From positions 1 through 53,445 of the forward strand of contig JAZQOE010000154.1 in NCBI GenBank assembly GCA_045627705.1: DNA of 53,445 bases, in the 5' to 3' direction. The notes beneath the pieces are model-generated. The model was not told the DNA's origin. It made no database searches and saw only the letters and a list, made by a program, of their open reading frames with translations. Made by a program: the position numbers and the translations under genes. The DNA comes from Kiritimatiellia bacterium. Lineage in GTDB: Bacteria; Verrucomicrobiota; Kiritimatiellia; RFP12; JBMNHG01. Of this stretch, positions 9,527 through 18,483 are shown piece by piece. Numbering within the stretch: position 1 is the first letter of the stretch; every line of letters begins with the position of its first letter.

Positions 9527-10612
9527 TCACTTGTTTCCTTTCGAGGAACCTTTCGCCAGATTGAAAAGGCGGAGGCGCAGGATTTCGAGGCGGGGATTGG
9601 GAGGAAGATGGGCGAGGTTGGGCCTGGGTTCCATCGCGCGGGGATGGGAGAGATAGTAGGCGCGGAGGGAGTCACGGAGATTCTCGCGCAGGGATGGGAC
9701 GATAAGGCCGAGGTTCTCAAGTCGCAGGGCGAATGCCTCCGCAGAAACGTTGAAGCGCGCCTTGAGCGTACAAAGCGATTCGAGTGTCCACCCGTCTGGC
9801 GGAATCCCAGTTTGCGCAACCGCCATCCGTACCGCTTCCTCCGGCATCAGGAACGCCGAGGCGAAACACCGCGCGAAACGGTGTTCAACAGTCCCTTCCT
9901 CCAGCGGCTCATACCCACGGGACGCAAACAGGCACGCCGCCCCTAGCTCGTAGGCAATCCTGTATGTCTGGCGCTCCGGCGTATCCTGTTTGTCCAGGAT
10001 TATCGAAAGCGAATGCCGCTTCGTAGAGTACAGCGAAATGCTGGAAAGCCCTTGCGGCATCGCTACCGCATGCAGGCGTACATTCCTGAATTCAAGCAAC
10101 CCGGCAAGATCCGCGAATGTCACGCAACCCGCTCCAAGCGACGATCTCATCGCGCGGGCAATCGCTTCGGCGCCACGTTCGTCTTCAACCAACGGATACG
10201 CCAGTTGAATGGCAACCCCGGAAGGCAATCCGCGCTTGCATTCCAACTCCGCGTACTCTTGTTCCGTCTCCAAGATGGCATGTCGTGCATTCTTGTTCAG
10301 GAGTTCGAACTTAGCTTCCTTGCGAATCGCGACAAAATCAAATTCGCCCTTCCCATCGACGGCTGCTTTCGCGGAACAATTGGCCTCATTGCCGTTCCTC
10401 TCAATCGGGTGTCCAGCTTCCGCAAGCAATGCGCTTATCTCGATGTCCAGCGCCTTGGCGATTCGCTCGACCGTGCGAATGGAAGGACTGCCTCGCCCGC
10501 ACTCTATCTTGCAAAGTTGCGCCGGACGCATGTGCAACCGCTCCGCAAGACGCTGCTGTGTCATATTCCTGGCCGTGCGCGCGGCAACAACTCTTTTCCC
10601 GAAATCAATCAT
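9527..10612 (-). CDS. XRE-family HTH regulator fused to an ImmA/IrrE (peptidase M78)-like domain with a degenerate metal motif
   Basis: N-terminal HTH (RTARNMTQQRLAERL…QLCKIECG…PSIRTVERIAKAL). C-terminal ERQTYRIAYELGA…EHRFARCFASAFLMPE…LKARFNVSAEAFALRLENLG. ATG at 10612 has a GGAG RBS. Confidence 0.85.
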   Translation of the reverse strand: MIDFGKRVVAARTARNMTQQRLAERLHMRPAQLCKIECGRGSPSIRTVERIAKALDIEISALLAEAGHPIERNGNEANCSAKAAVDGKGEFDFVAIRKEAKFELLNKNARHAILETEQEYAELECKRGLPSGVAIQLAYPLVEDERGAEAIARAMRSSLGAGCVTFADLAGLLEFRNVRLHAVAMPQGLSSISLYSTKRHSLSIILDKQDTPERQTYRIAYELGAACLFASRGYEPLEEGTVEHRFARCFASAFLMPEEAVRMAVAQTGIPPDGWTLESLCTLKARFNVSAEAFALRLENLGLIVPSLRENLRDSLRAYYLSHPRAMEPRPNLAHLPPNPRLEILRLRLFNLAKGSSKGNK

Positions 10613-10636
10613 GTCGTGCTCCACATCAACAAGGCA

Positions 10637-10679
10637 ATTGTATGGGATCGCAGATAGAATGACAAGATTAAATTTGTCA
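10637..10679 (-). promoter_or_regulatory. Sigma70-type promoter of the XRE gene with an overlapping palindromic operator
   Basis: Minus strand TTGTCA (10665-10660), 17 bp, TACAAT (10642-10637). The near-perfect palindrome TGACAAGATTAAATTTGTCA (10660-10679) covers the -35. Confidence 0.55.
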
Positions 10680-10803
10680 AAAAGTTGATTAGCATAAATG
10701 TTAATTTAAAATGAACAAGGGCAGGGGACAAATAGACGGCGGGGAAAAGGAGCAGAATCGACATCCACCATCGCGAAGCGAAGGCACTAACGATCCCGTA
10801 GCA

Positions 10804-10880
10804 TGGTGGGCCCAGCTGGACTTGAACCAGCGACCTAGGGATTATGAGTCCCCAGCTCTGACCAACTGAGCTATGGGCCC
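10804..10880 (-). tRNA. tRNA with CAT anticodon, most likely tRNA-Ile2 (lysidine-modified)
   Basis: GGGCCCATAGCTCAGTTGGTCAGAGCTGGGGACTCATAATCCCTAGGTCGCTGGTTCAAGTCCAGCTGGGCCCACCA: cloverleaf, paired 1:72, encoded CCA. Resembles the enterobacterial Ile2 pattern rather than initiator tRNA. Confidence 0.92.
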
Positions 10881-10896
10881 GAAAAAGGATGGACAC

Positions 10897-10925
10897 AGTT
10901 TAAAGGAAATCATCCGAAAATGCAA
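10897..10925 (-). promoter_or_regulatory. Putative tRNA promoter
   Basis: Minus strand TTGCAT, 17 bp, TAAACT just upstream of the tRNA 5' end. Confidence 0.5.
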
Positions 10926-11046
10926 TGCCATCGTTTCATCATAAAATAGTTCATGTTGTTGGATAGAATTTGACATAATACACGGCATCTACCGAGAAAG
11001 GTTGTTCAATTCATTTCAAATTCATGTTTTGCAGGGTAGGGGATAA

Positions 11047-12813
11047 ATGAAGATCAAGGCTATCGTTCTCGCCGCCGGCCTCGGGGAGCGCCTTCGTCCG
11101 CTTACGAACGCGATTCCAAAGCCGTTGATGCCGGTTGCGCCAGGCGAGGCAATCATCACGCGGACCCTCCGCGCCCTTGAATCATGGGGCGTAGATGAAA
11201 TCGCGGTCAATCTCCATTGGCAGTCAGGCCCACTGCGCGACTACCTCGCGAAATGGCCGGGCCCTGCCAAAATCACCATTTCCTACGAGCCGGTCATCCT
11301 CGGTACGGGTGGTGCAATCCGTCCGCTACGGGACTTTATCGGCGACTCGCCCTTTTGGCTGGTAAATGGCGACATCGCGTTCGATCTCGATCCCGCCCCG
11401 ATTGTCGGCGACTTCGTCCGCAAGGCCCCTCTCGCTGTCGCATGGCTTACGCCGCGCCGCGGCCCGCGCACTGTCGAAACCGCGCCGGACGGCGCCATCA
11501 TCTCATTCCGCAGCAAACGTCCGGGCACGCCCGGTACAGCGACATTCTGCGGCGTCCAGTTTGTCTCGCCCCGCATCTTCGACTATCTTCCCGCCACCGA
11601 TTCCTTCTCGATAATCGACGCGTACTCGAACGGCATGAATGCAGGCGAGGTCGTGGTCGGACGTACCACCCGCGCTGGTTTCTGGAACGACGCGGGAATG
11701 CCGGATCGCCTTATAGATGTGCGAAAGCGCAACGGCGCAACAACCCAAGGCGCAAAAAAACGGCGCGCCGTTTTTCCGCCCCTGCCTCGCTATCCGTTCG
11801 AGTTCACCTCCGATCCGCAAGTGCCATTCCTGTTTTCCGCATTCGACTGGCCTGACCCTGCGCTTGCTCCAACGCTATCCGCGATGGGGTGGCCGCTTGC
11901 GAAGACGCAGGTCGAATCGCTTGGCGGCAAGCGTGGATCCGACCGTTCGTTTCTTCGCCTGCACGGACCGCATGGGATTTCCGCCGTGTATGCGCGCCAT
12001 GGCGGCGCACGCGCCGAGAATGACCGTTATGCCAGACATTCGGTGTTGCTGCGTGATGCCGGAGTGCCAGTTCCTGCAATTCTCGCCGATCTCCCGCAGG
12101 CCCGCGCGCTTGCGATGGAGGATGTTGGAGACCTTTCGCTCGAGGTCTTGTCAAAGCGCAATCCTACCGCCGCGCTCAAGGCATACGAAACACTGGTCGA
12201 AGCCGTTGCCGCGATGCATTCTCGCGGCGCGGAACTTGCCCGTGCGCGTGGAGTCGAACTCGAACAGCCACTCGACATCGACGTCATGCACTGGGAGCAT
12301 TCGCTCTTCGAGGAGCACATGCTCAGGAAGCGCATTGGCGCGGACGGTTTTACGAAACAGGTGCGCGACGAACTTGAGGATGCGGCCCAACGCCTCGCAA
12401 GGGCGCCGCGGGCATTGATCCATCGCGACCTGCAGTCAAGCAATGTGTTCTGTCGGAAAGACGGTTCAATCCGCCTTATCGACTTCCAGGGAATGCGCTT
12501 CGGTCCCGCCGCATACGATCTTGCTTCGCTTCTCTGCGATGCGTATGTGTCGATTCTCGATGACGCTGCGCAAGAGCGTCTCCTCGCCCGCTACGTGGAA
12601 TGCCTGCCTGGCGCTGGAGATGGCGTCAAAGCGCTTTTCGCTGTCGCGGCAGTCCAGCGTCTCGTCCAGGCGCTCGGCGCTTTCGGACGTCTTTCGGGCA
12701 TCGGCATCGCGCGTTTCGCGGCCTTTATCCCGTCCGCTTCGCGCACGCTTTCAAGGATGGCCGAGAAATGCGGATACACTGCGCTTTCGGAGATCGCCCT
12801 TGAATGCAAGTGA
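11047..12813 (+). CDS. Fusion of a nucleotidyltransferase (MurU-like) and an aminoglycoside-phosphotransferase-family kinase (AmgK-like)
   Basis: N: KAIVLAAGLGERLRPLTNAIPKPLMPV, EPVILGTGG, LVNGD. C: GSDRSFLRL, MEDVGD, IHRDLQSSNV, IDFQGMRFGPAAYDLASLLCD. Confidence 0.85.
   Translation: MKIKAIVLAAGLGERLRPLTNAIPKPLMPVAPGEAIITRTLRALESWGVDEIAVNLHWQSGPLRDYLAKWPGPAKITISYEPVILGTGGAIRPLRDFIGDSPFWLVNGDIAFDLDPAPIVGDFVRKAPLAVAWLTPRRGPRTVETAPDGAIISFRSKRPGTPGTATFCGVQFVSPRIFDYLPATDSFSIIDAYSNGMNAGEVVVGRTTRAGFWNDAGMPDRLIDVRKRNGATTQGAKKRRAVFPPLPRYPFEFTSDPQVPFLFSAFDWPDPALAPTLSAMGWPLAKTQVESLGGKRGSDRSFLRLHGPHGISAVYARHGGARAENDRYARHSVLLRDAGVPVPAILADLPQARALAMEDVGDLSLEVLSKRNPTAALKAYETLVEAVAAMHSRGAELARARGVELEQPLDIDVMHWEHSLFEEHMLRKRIGADGFTKQVRDELEDAAQRLARAPRALIHRDLQSSNVFCRKDGSIRLIDFQGMRFGPAAYDLASLLCDAYVSILDDAAQERLLARYVECLPGAGDGVKALFAVAAVQRLVQALGAFGRLSGIGIARFAAFIPSASRTLSRMAEKCGYTALSEIALECK
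11756..11775. repeat. Dispersed palindrome copy AAAAACGGCGCGCCGTTTTT
   Basis: Perfect 20-bp palindrome inside the CDS linker. Other copies at 20892, 21278, 44062 and 53426. Confidence 0.8.
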
Positions 12814-12852
12814 TTGCGCGACAAAGCGAGTTGGGTATATCATCGTCCCATC

Positions 12853-14001
12853 ATGAACAAGCTTTCTTTTTCTGATTTCGACAAGCGCGCCCGCGATGGA
12901 GAGGCCCTCAGCGTGGTTTTCTTCGGCGGTTCCCTCACATGGGGCGCAAATGCGAGCGATCCAAACCTCACAAGCTATCGTGGCCAGATGATGCGCTATC
13001 TCCGCGAGCGCTATCCGCTTGCGCGCTTCACCTTCCATGACGCCGCGATCGGCGGCACAGGCTCGGCCCTCGGCATCTTCCGCGTGGATCGCGACGTGCT
13101 TTCGAAGAAGCCGGACATGGTCTTCCTGGATTTTCAGGCGAACGATGGATACAACGGCGACGACCGTCCGACAAACTGCTTCTACGAGGCGATCGTCCGC
13201 CGCATTGTCGGCGCGGGCGTTCCTGTCGAGCAGCTGTACTTCGGTTTCAAGTGGTCATTCGTGAACCGCAATCCCGCCGAGCTTTTGCGGCGCGCCGCCT
13301 ACCACAAGATAGCTGCGGCGTATGGCCTTGCCGAAGGCGACCACTACGAGCGCATGTGGAAGGCGATCGACGATGGCGAAATCACCGCCGATGTCGCATG
13401 GCCCTTCGACCAGGCGCACCCTGACGATTGCGGCTACTTCTACTTTTTCGACGCCGCGCGCATCGCCTTCGAGGCGGCGGTTGCGAATGGCACGACATGC
13501 CATACGGCCGCTGCCCCCGTCTTTGGCGACATGGCGAATGTGACCCGCACGGTTGCGGCGGACATCGCTTTGCCAGCAGGCTGGAAGAATGGACTCACGC
13601 GTCGTGTCTCGATGTGGTACGACGGACTCGCCAGTCGCTGGATGGATACGGTGGCGACATGCGACGTCGCGTCGTCCCCCGCGCCGTCTCCGCTCCGTTT
13701 CGAGTTCGATGGCACATTCTTCGGTCTCTTCGGCGAAGGCGACCAGGATGGACTCGACTTCGAAGTATTCGTCGATGGCGTGCTGGAACCGGCCGCGCCA
13801 GCGGAAAACGGCAGGCCAGCGGTCATGGCCTGGAGCGGCTCGACGGCAAACCGCGCGGCCGGCAACCTTTTCTTCTGGCGAGCCGTCCGCCGTGTTTTGC
13901 CAGACGCGCATCACGTCGTTGAAATCCGTCCGATCATTCCCGCGGGCGCGACGAGGGGACAGCTCCGCATCGGCAGCATCTGCACTGCGCGGCACGTTTG
14001 A
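12853..14001 (+). CDS. SGNH/GDSL hydrolase family protein
   Basis: VVFFGGSLTWG, AAIGGTGS, FLDFQAND, DQAHP blocks. Confidence 0.8.
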   Translation: MNKLSFSDFDKRARDGEALSVVFFGGSLTWGANASDPNLTSYRGQMMRYLRERYPLARFTFHDAAIGGTGSALGIFRVDRDVLSKKPDMVFLDFQANDGYNGDDRPTNCFYEAIVRRIVGAGVPVEQLYFGFKWSFVNRNPAELLRRAAYHKIAAAYGLAEGDHYERMWKAIDDGEITADVAWPFDQAHPDDCGYFYFFDAARIAFEAAVANGTTCHTAAAPVFGDMANVTRTVAADIALPAGWKNGLTRRVSMWYDGLASRWMDTVATCDVASSPAPSPLRFEFDGTFFGLFGEGDQDGLDFEVFVDGVLEPAAPAENGRPAVMAWSGSTANRAAGNLFFWRAVRRVLPDAHHVVEIRPIIPAGATRGQLRIGSICTARHV

Positions 14002-14024
14002 TCTTCAACGGTAGGAGACACCCC

Positions 14025-15113
14025 ATGGGCTTGATGCCAATTGAAACCATCCCTGACTGGGAGAAACGCCTTGCGCGACAGGACGCCTTTTGGGACAGAG
14101 AGATCATAGACCGTCCGGTGGTCGTGATGTACGCCCCCCGCAAGGAGGGGTGCATCCCCTGGCCTGCAAACAAGAACTGGCCCGATCTCCGCTCGCGTTG
14201 GTTGGATGTGGAATATTGCGCGGAATGCGCTATCGCCGGAAATACGAACATGCGTTTCTTCGGCGATGCCCTTCCATTGGCCTGGCCCAACCTTGGCCCG
14301 GAAGTCGTGAGCGCCTTCCTTGGCGTCGAACTGGAATTCGGCGAAGGAACCTCATGGTCGATCCCAATGCCGGATGACTGGGACGAAGTCGAGCGCCTTG
14401 TAAAGTTCTCCGAAAATAATCCGTACTGGCAGGCGATAGAGAAGATGACGGACGCCTTGCTCGCCGCCGGCCAGAACCGCTTTTACGTCGGCCTCACCGA
14501 CTGCCATCCGGGCGGCGACGGCATCGCGGCGTTCCGCGATCCGATGCGTCTAGCGATCGATTTGATCGAAAGCCCCGAACGGGTGAAAGCGCTCCTTGCC
14601 CGTTTCCAGAAGCTCTACTTCGACATCTTCGACCGCATGGCGAAACGCCTTGAGACGCGCGGGCAGGCGATAGGCACCTGGGCAGGGCCTATCTGCAGCA
14701 AGCGCTGGTATGTGCCGTCGAACGATTTCTCGTGCATGGTCTCGAAAGAGATGTACGACGAATTCTTCCTGCAGGGGATTGCCGACGAATGCCGATTCTA
14801 CGGTCATTCGCTCTACCATCTGGATGGTCCTGGCGCACTTCGCCATCTGCCAAGTCTGCTTGCCATTCCGGAGTTGAATGCAATCCAGTGGGTTTGCGGC
14901 GCGGGGCATGGTCGCGTCTCCGATTGGATTCCCATCTACAAGCAGTGCCAGGCTGCGGGCAAGGGGATTCAAATCGTGAATGCCGAACCCGATGAAATCG
15001 AAACTCTTTGCACGGAGCTGAAGCCCGAGGGCGTCTGGCTTTCAGTGGTGAATGTGGATTCCGAGGAAACAGCCAGCGCCATATTGAAGCGCATAGCGAA
15101 GTGGACGAAGTAA
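14025..15113 (+). CDS. Uroporphyrinogen decarboxylase/cobalamin methyltransferase-like TIM-barrel protein
   Basis: PNLGPEVVSAFLG, AAFRDPMRLAIDLIESPE, NDFSCMVSKEMYDEFFL, YHLDGPGALRHL, IQWVCGAG. AGGAG RBS. Confidence 0.7.
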   Translation: MGLMPIETIPDWEKRLARQDAFWDREIIDRPVVVMYAPRKEGCIPWPANKNWPDLRSRWLDVEYCAECAIAGNTNMRFFGDALPLAWPNLGPEVVSAFLGVELEFGEGTSWSIPMPDDWDEVERLVKFSENNPYWQAIEKMTDALLAAGQNRFYVGLTDCHPGGDGIAAFRDPMRLAIDLIESPERVKALLARFQKLYFDIFDRMAKRLETRGQAIGTWAGPICSKRWYVPSNDFSCMVSKEMYDEFFLQGIADECRFYGHSLYHLDGPGALRHLPSLLAIPELNAIQWVCGAGHGRVSDWIPIYKQCQAAGKGIQIVNAEPDEIETLCTELKPEGVWLSVVNVDSEETASAILKRIAKWTK

Positions 15114-15133
15114 ACTGCTGTCGGAAGCGCCTT

Positions 15134-16201
15134 CTACTTCAGGAGGCGCGAGCATTCTTCGACCATCTTCCTGCCAATCGCATTCCAGGAGAAATCGCGC
15201 TCGGCCCATGTGCGTCCGGCTTCACCCATCGCATGGCGCTCCTCGTCCGAAAGTGCGAACGCGGAGCGTAGGGCATTGACGAGCGAATCGCGTGGAGGAA
15301 GATCGATCCACCAGCCGCAGTGGTTCTCTTCGAGACCCTCCCATGGCGTGCCCTTGGTCGTTATCGACGGAACCCCTGCAAAAAGCGCCTCCGCCACGAC
15401 TATGCCAAAATTCTCGGAGTACGTTGGCAATACGAACACATCCGCGCACTGGTAGGCCGACCATTTTGCATCGTCGTCAAGCGGGCCTGTGAATGCCACT
15501 CGATCTGCGATTCCAAGTTCCGCGACCCGCGCCTTTACCTGTGTTTCGTAGGTCTGCTCTGTCTCGCCGTTCAGCGTGTAAACAAGCTCGAGTCTCCATC
15601 CTGGAAATTCCGCGCCAACCTTTGCGAATGCCTCCGCCAACTCAATCACGCCCTTCTTCGGGTGCATACGCGAAACGAATAGCAGGCGCCTTTCAGACTT
15701 GCCTGCCGCAGGCTTCTCCAATGCACTGGGCAGGTTGACGCCATTGGGGGAGATGATTGTCTTGTTCTTGAATCCAAGTTTGCGGAACTGCGCCGCTTCG
15801 CTTTCGGCCGTCGCATGAAGTGCGATCGCATTGTGAAGGTCGCGATCCTGGTAGAGAAACCGGGCGGCGCGCTTCTTAAGCCATTTCTGCCGCAGCGACC
15901 AAGGTTCGAGCATTCCCCTTGGCGCGATAACATACGGGACATGCGCATTGCGGCACGAAACCGCGACCTTGTGCAGGTCGGGACTCCAAAGGCCATGGAG
16001 ATGGACGAGGTCGAACTCTTCGATCTTGTGTCCTTCGGCCTTCCAAGCCCTTACGCCTTCGATCCACGGTTCTCCTCCATGGATGGGCCACACCCATGCG
16101 TCGGCGCCAGCCGCGCATTCCGCCGCGGCAAGCCCTTGAACCGATCTCGCCGGTCCGCCAGCCGACCGTGAAAGCGAGGAGATTACATGAAGGATTTTCA
16201 T
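15134..16201 (-). CDS. Glycosyltransferase family 4
   Basis: MKILHVISSLSRSAGGP, HLHGLW, PRGML, FVSRMHPKKG, ADVFVLPTYSENFGIVVAEAL. Confidence 0.92.
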   Translation of the reverse strand: MKILHVISSLSRSAGGPARSVQGLAAAECAAGADAWVWPIHGGEPWIEGVRAWKAEGHKIEEFDLVHLHGLWSPDLHKVAVSCRNAHVPYVIAPRGMLEPWSLRQKWLKKRAARFLYQDRDLHNAIALHATAESEAAQFRKLGFKNKTIISPNGVNLPSALEKPAAGKSERRLLFVSRMHPKKGVIELAEAFAKVGAEFPGWRLELVYTLNGETEQTYETQVKARVAELGIADRVAFTGPLDDDAKWSAYQCADVFVLPTYSENFGIVVAEALFAGVPSITTKGTPWEGLEENHCGWWIDLPPRDSLVNALRSAFALSDEERHAMGEAGRTWAERDFSWNAIGRKMVEECSRLLK

Positions 16202-16415
16202 TTCTTGATTCGATTTCCTTGGATCCCTTTTGCGCGTCGATTGTACCACCGGGTTGAATGGCGGGCAATGCGTATTGCCACCATCACAATCTGGCAAACG
16301 GCTTTGAAATTCTTCGCATTGACACTCAATGCCCGCTTATGGCAAAATCGCGCTTTCTTTTCGAAGTCGAAGGGCCGGCGGATGCCGAGCCAGACTTCAT
16401 AAGGGGGTGATACGC

Positions 16416-16601
16416 GTGATCCAGATTCGTTTGAAGAGAGGCGAGACCGTTGAACGTGCGCTGAAGCGTCTGAAGAAGATCCTCGACAAGGAGGGTATCA
16501 TGAAGCAGATTCGCGCCAACCGCTACTTCGAGAAGCCCAGCGAGAAGCAGCGCCGCAAGTCGGCCCGTGCGCGTATTCGCAATATGCACCGTACCTTCTA
16601 A
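16416..16601 (+). CDS. rpsU: 30S ribosomal protein S21
   Basis: GTG start after GGGGGTGA; IRLKRGETVERALKRLKK…EGIMKQIRANRYFEKPSEKQRRK. Confidence 0.93.
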   Translation: MIQIRLKRGETVERALKRLKKILDKEGIMKQIRANRYFEKPSEKQRRKSARARIRNMHRTF

Positions 16602-16625
16602 TCCCTTTTGGAACGTACTTGCAAA

Positions 16626-16665
16626 GCGCGCGGTCGCCCTTGCGGCGTCCGCGCGCCTTTTATTT
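16626..16665 (+). terminator. Rho-independent terminator after rpsU
   Basis: GCGCGCGGTCGCC-CTTGC-GGCGTCCGCGCGC followed by CTTTTATTT. Confidence 0.65.
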
Positions 16666-16670
16666 CCGAC

Positions 16671-17579
16671 ATGAAATTTTCACTTTCCACAAACTGGCAT
16701 TCAACCCGTTGCGAAACGGGCGAAGAGGTTGTCGACGAAGCAATTTCGCTCGGCTTTGATTCCATCGAGTTGAGCTACAAGCTTACGCCCCTTCAGCTTG
16801 AAGGCATAAAGCGCCGCGTCGATGCCAGTGCAATCGGCGTATCGAGCGTCCATTCCCCTTGTCCTCTTCCGGCTCCCGACGCCATGCCCTCGCCGGAACC
16901 CTTTTCCCTTACCGCGCTGGATGAAGAGGAGCGCCGCAAGGCTTGCGGCCTTGTCGTAGGTTCGCTGAATGTCGCCGTGGATTTCGGCGCTCCAATCGTG
17001 GTTGTCCATGCCGGACATGTCGCCATGGATGGACTCACTGATCGCTGGGTGAATCTGCGCCAGTCGGAGCGTCGCCCTGGCATCATCCAACGCTTCCTGC
17101 TAAACCGGAAGATGAAGCAGCGCGAGGAAAAGTCTGTCGCCCACATGGACGCCCTACGCCGTTCACTTTCCGAGATACTGCCGTTCTTCGACGATGCCAA
17201 GGTTGTTCTAGCCATTGAGAACCTGCCTTATTGGGAGGGCATTCCAAGCGAGACGGAGATGGAGATGCTCCATCGTGAATTCAATACGCCTTCGCTCCGC
17301 TATTGGCACGATATCGGGCATGGACAGGTTCGCGAGAACATTTGCGCGGGCGAACACCGCGCGTGGGTAAACCGCCTCCTCCCGATTATCGTCGGTTGCC
17401 ACATTCACGACGTGATAGGCATAACAACCGACCATCTGGCTCCAGGGCAGGGAGGCATCGACTTCAGCGCCTTCCAAGCGCTTGCCGCCGATTCAATCGC
17501 GCATGTCTTCGAGCCATCGCAGTTGGTTGACCGCGAGGCGTTGGTGGAAGGCTTTGCCCTTGTCCGCCGCGCATGGTAG
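16671..17579 (+). CDS. Sugar phosphate isomerase/epimerase (xylose isomerase-like TIM barrel)
   Basis: GFDSIEL, SSVHSPCP, VVVHAG, LAIENLP, WHDIGH, HIHDV…DHLAPGQGGIDF. Confidence 0.85.
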   Translation: MKFSLSTNWHSTRCETGEEVVDEAISLGFDSIELSYKLTPLQLEGIKRRVDASAIGVSSVHSPCPLPAPDAMPSPEPFSLTALDEEERRKACGLVVGSLNVAVDFGAPIVVVHAGHVAMDGLTDRWVNLRQSERRPGIIQRFLLNRKMKQREEKSVAHMDALRRSLSEILPFFDDAKVVLAIENLPYWEGIPSETEMEMLHREFNTPSLRYWHDIGHGQVRENICAGEHRAWVNRLLPIIVGCHIHDVIGITTDHLAPGQGGIDFSAFQALAADSIAHVFEPSQLVDREALVEGFALVRRAW

Positions 17580-17613
17580 AATCCCCGCGACGCTTTTTTG
17601 AAAGGATCATGAA

Positions 17614-18483
17614 ATGAGTGAACACGAATGCTCCGGCGACTGTTCCCACTGCAGCCATGCCGCCGAAGAGAAAAAGGAAGATTGCAAGCTTGAGAAGGCG
17701 ATGTCGCAGATCAAGCACAAGATCGTCGTGATGTCCGGCAAAGGCGGCGTCGGCAAGAGCACTGTCGCGGTGAATCTCGCCATGGCGCTTGCCCAGTCTG
17801 GCAAGAAGGTTGGTCTTCTCGATATCGACATCCACGGGCCCAGCGTTCCGAAGATGCTGCATGTCGAGGGTGCGCAGGTTGGCGCCGACAACGGCCGCAT
17901 CATTCCTGTCGAGGCATACGGCATCAAGGTCGTCTCCCTCGGCTTCCTCCTTGATTCCCCCGATAGCGCCGTAATCTGGCGCGGTCCGATGAAGATCGGA
18001 GTGATCAAGCAGTTCCTCTTGGATGTCGCCTGGGGCGCTCTCGACTATCTGGTGATCGACTCGCCGCCTGGCACTGGCGACGAGCCATTGACCGTTTGCC
18101 AGCTTCTCATGAAGGGCGGCAACGCTGGTGCGGTGGTTGTGACGACTCCCCAGGCCGTTGCGGCAACCGATGTCTCGAAGTCGCTGAACTTCTGCGAACA
18201 GATGAACTTCCCGGTGATTGGCATCGTCGAGAACATGAGTGGATTTGTCTGCCCGCACTGCGGCAAGATCACTCAGATTTTCTCGAAGGGCGCCGGCGAC
18301 GATCTCGCAATGCGCTACGAGGTTCCGCTTCTCGGCAGCATTCCAATCGACCCGCTTGTGTGTTGCGGCGGCGATTCCGGACTTCCGTTTATCTCCGGCA
18401 CTTCCGAATCGCCCACGAAGTCCGCCTTTTCCAAGATCGTGGAGTCCATCGGCGCGCTTGCGGTGGCGCGGGGCGCCGATTGA
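17614..18483 (+). CDS. mrp: Mrp/NBP35 (ApbC) Fe-S carrier ATPase
   Basis: N-terminal Cys cluster, MSGKGGVGKSTVA, DIDIHGPS, IWRGPMK, DSPPGTGDE, ENMSGFVCPHCG. Confidence 0.93.
   Translation: MSEHECSGDCSHCSHAAEEKKEDCKLEKAMSQIKHKIVVMSGKGGVGKSTVAVNLAMALAQSGKKVGLLDIDIHGPSVPKMLHVEGAQVGADNGRIIPVEAYGIKVVSLGFLLDSPDSAVIWRGPMKIGVIKQFLLDVAWGALDYLVIDSPPGTGDEPLTVCQLLMKGGNAGAVVVTTPQAVAATDVSKSLNFCEQMNFPVIGIVENMSGFVCPHCGKITQIFSKGAGDDLAMRYEVPLLGSIPIDPLVCCGGDSGLPFISGTSESPTKSAFSKIVESIGALAVARGAD

Noticed and set aside
10968-10995. Second dif-like site (ATTTGACATAA resembles an inverted XerD arm)
   Set aside because: No matching XerC arm 6 bp away; more likely AT-rich promoter sequence.
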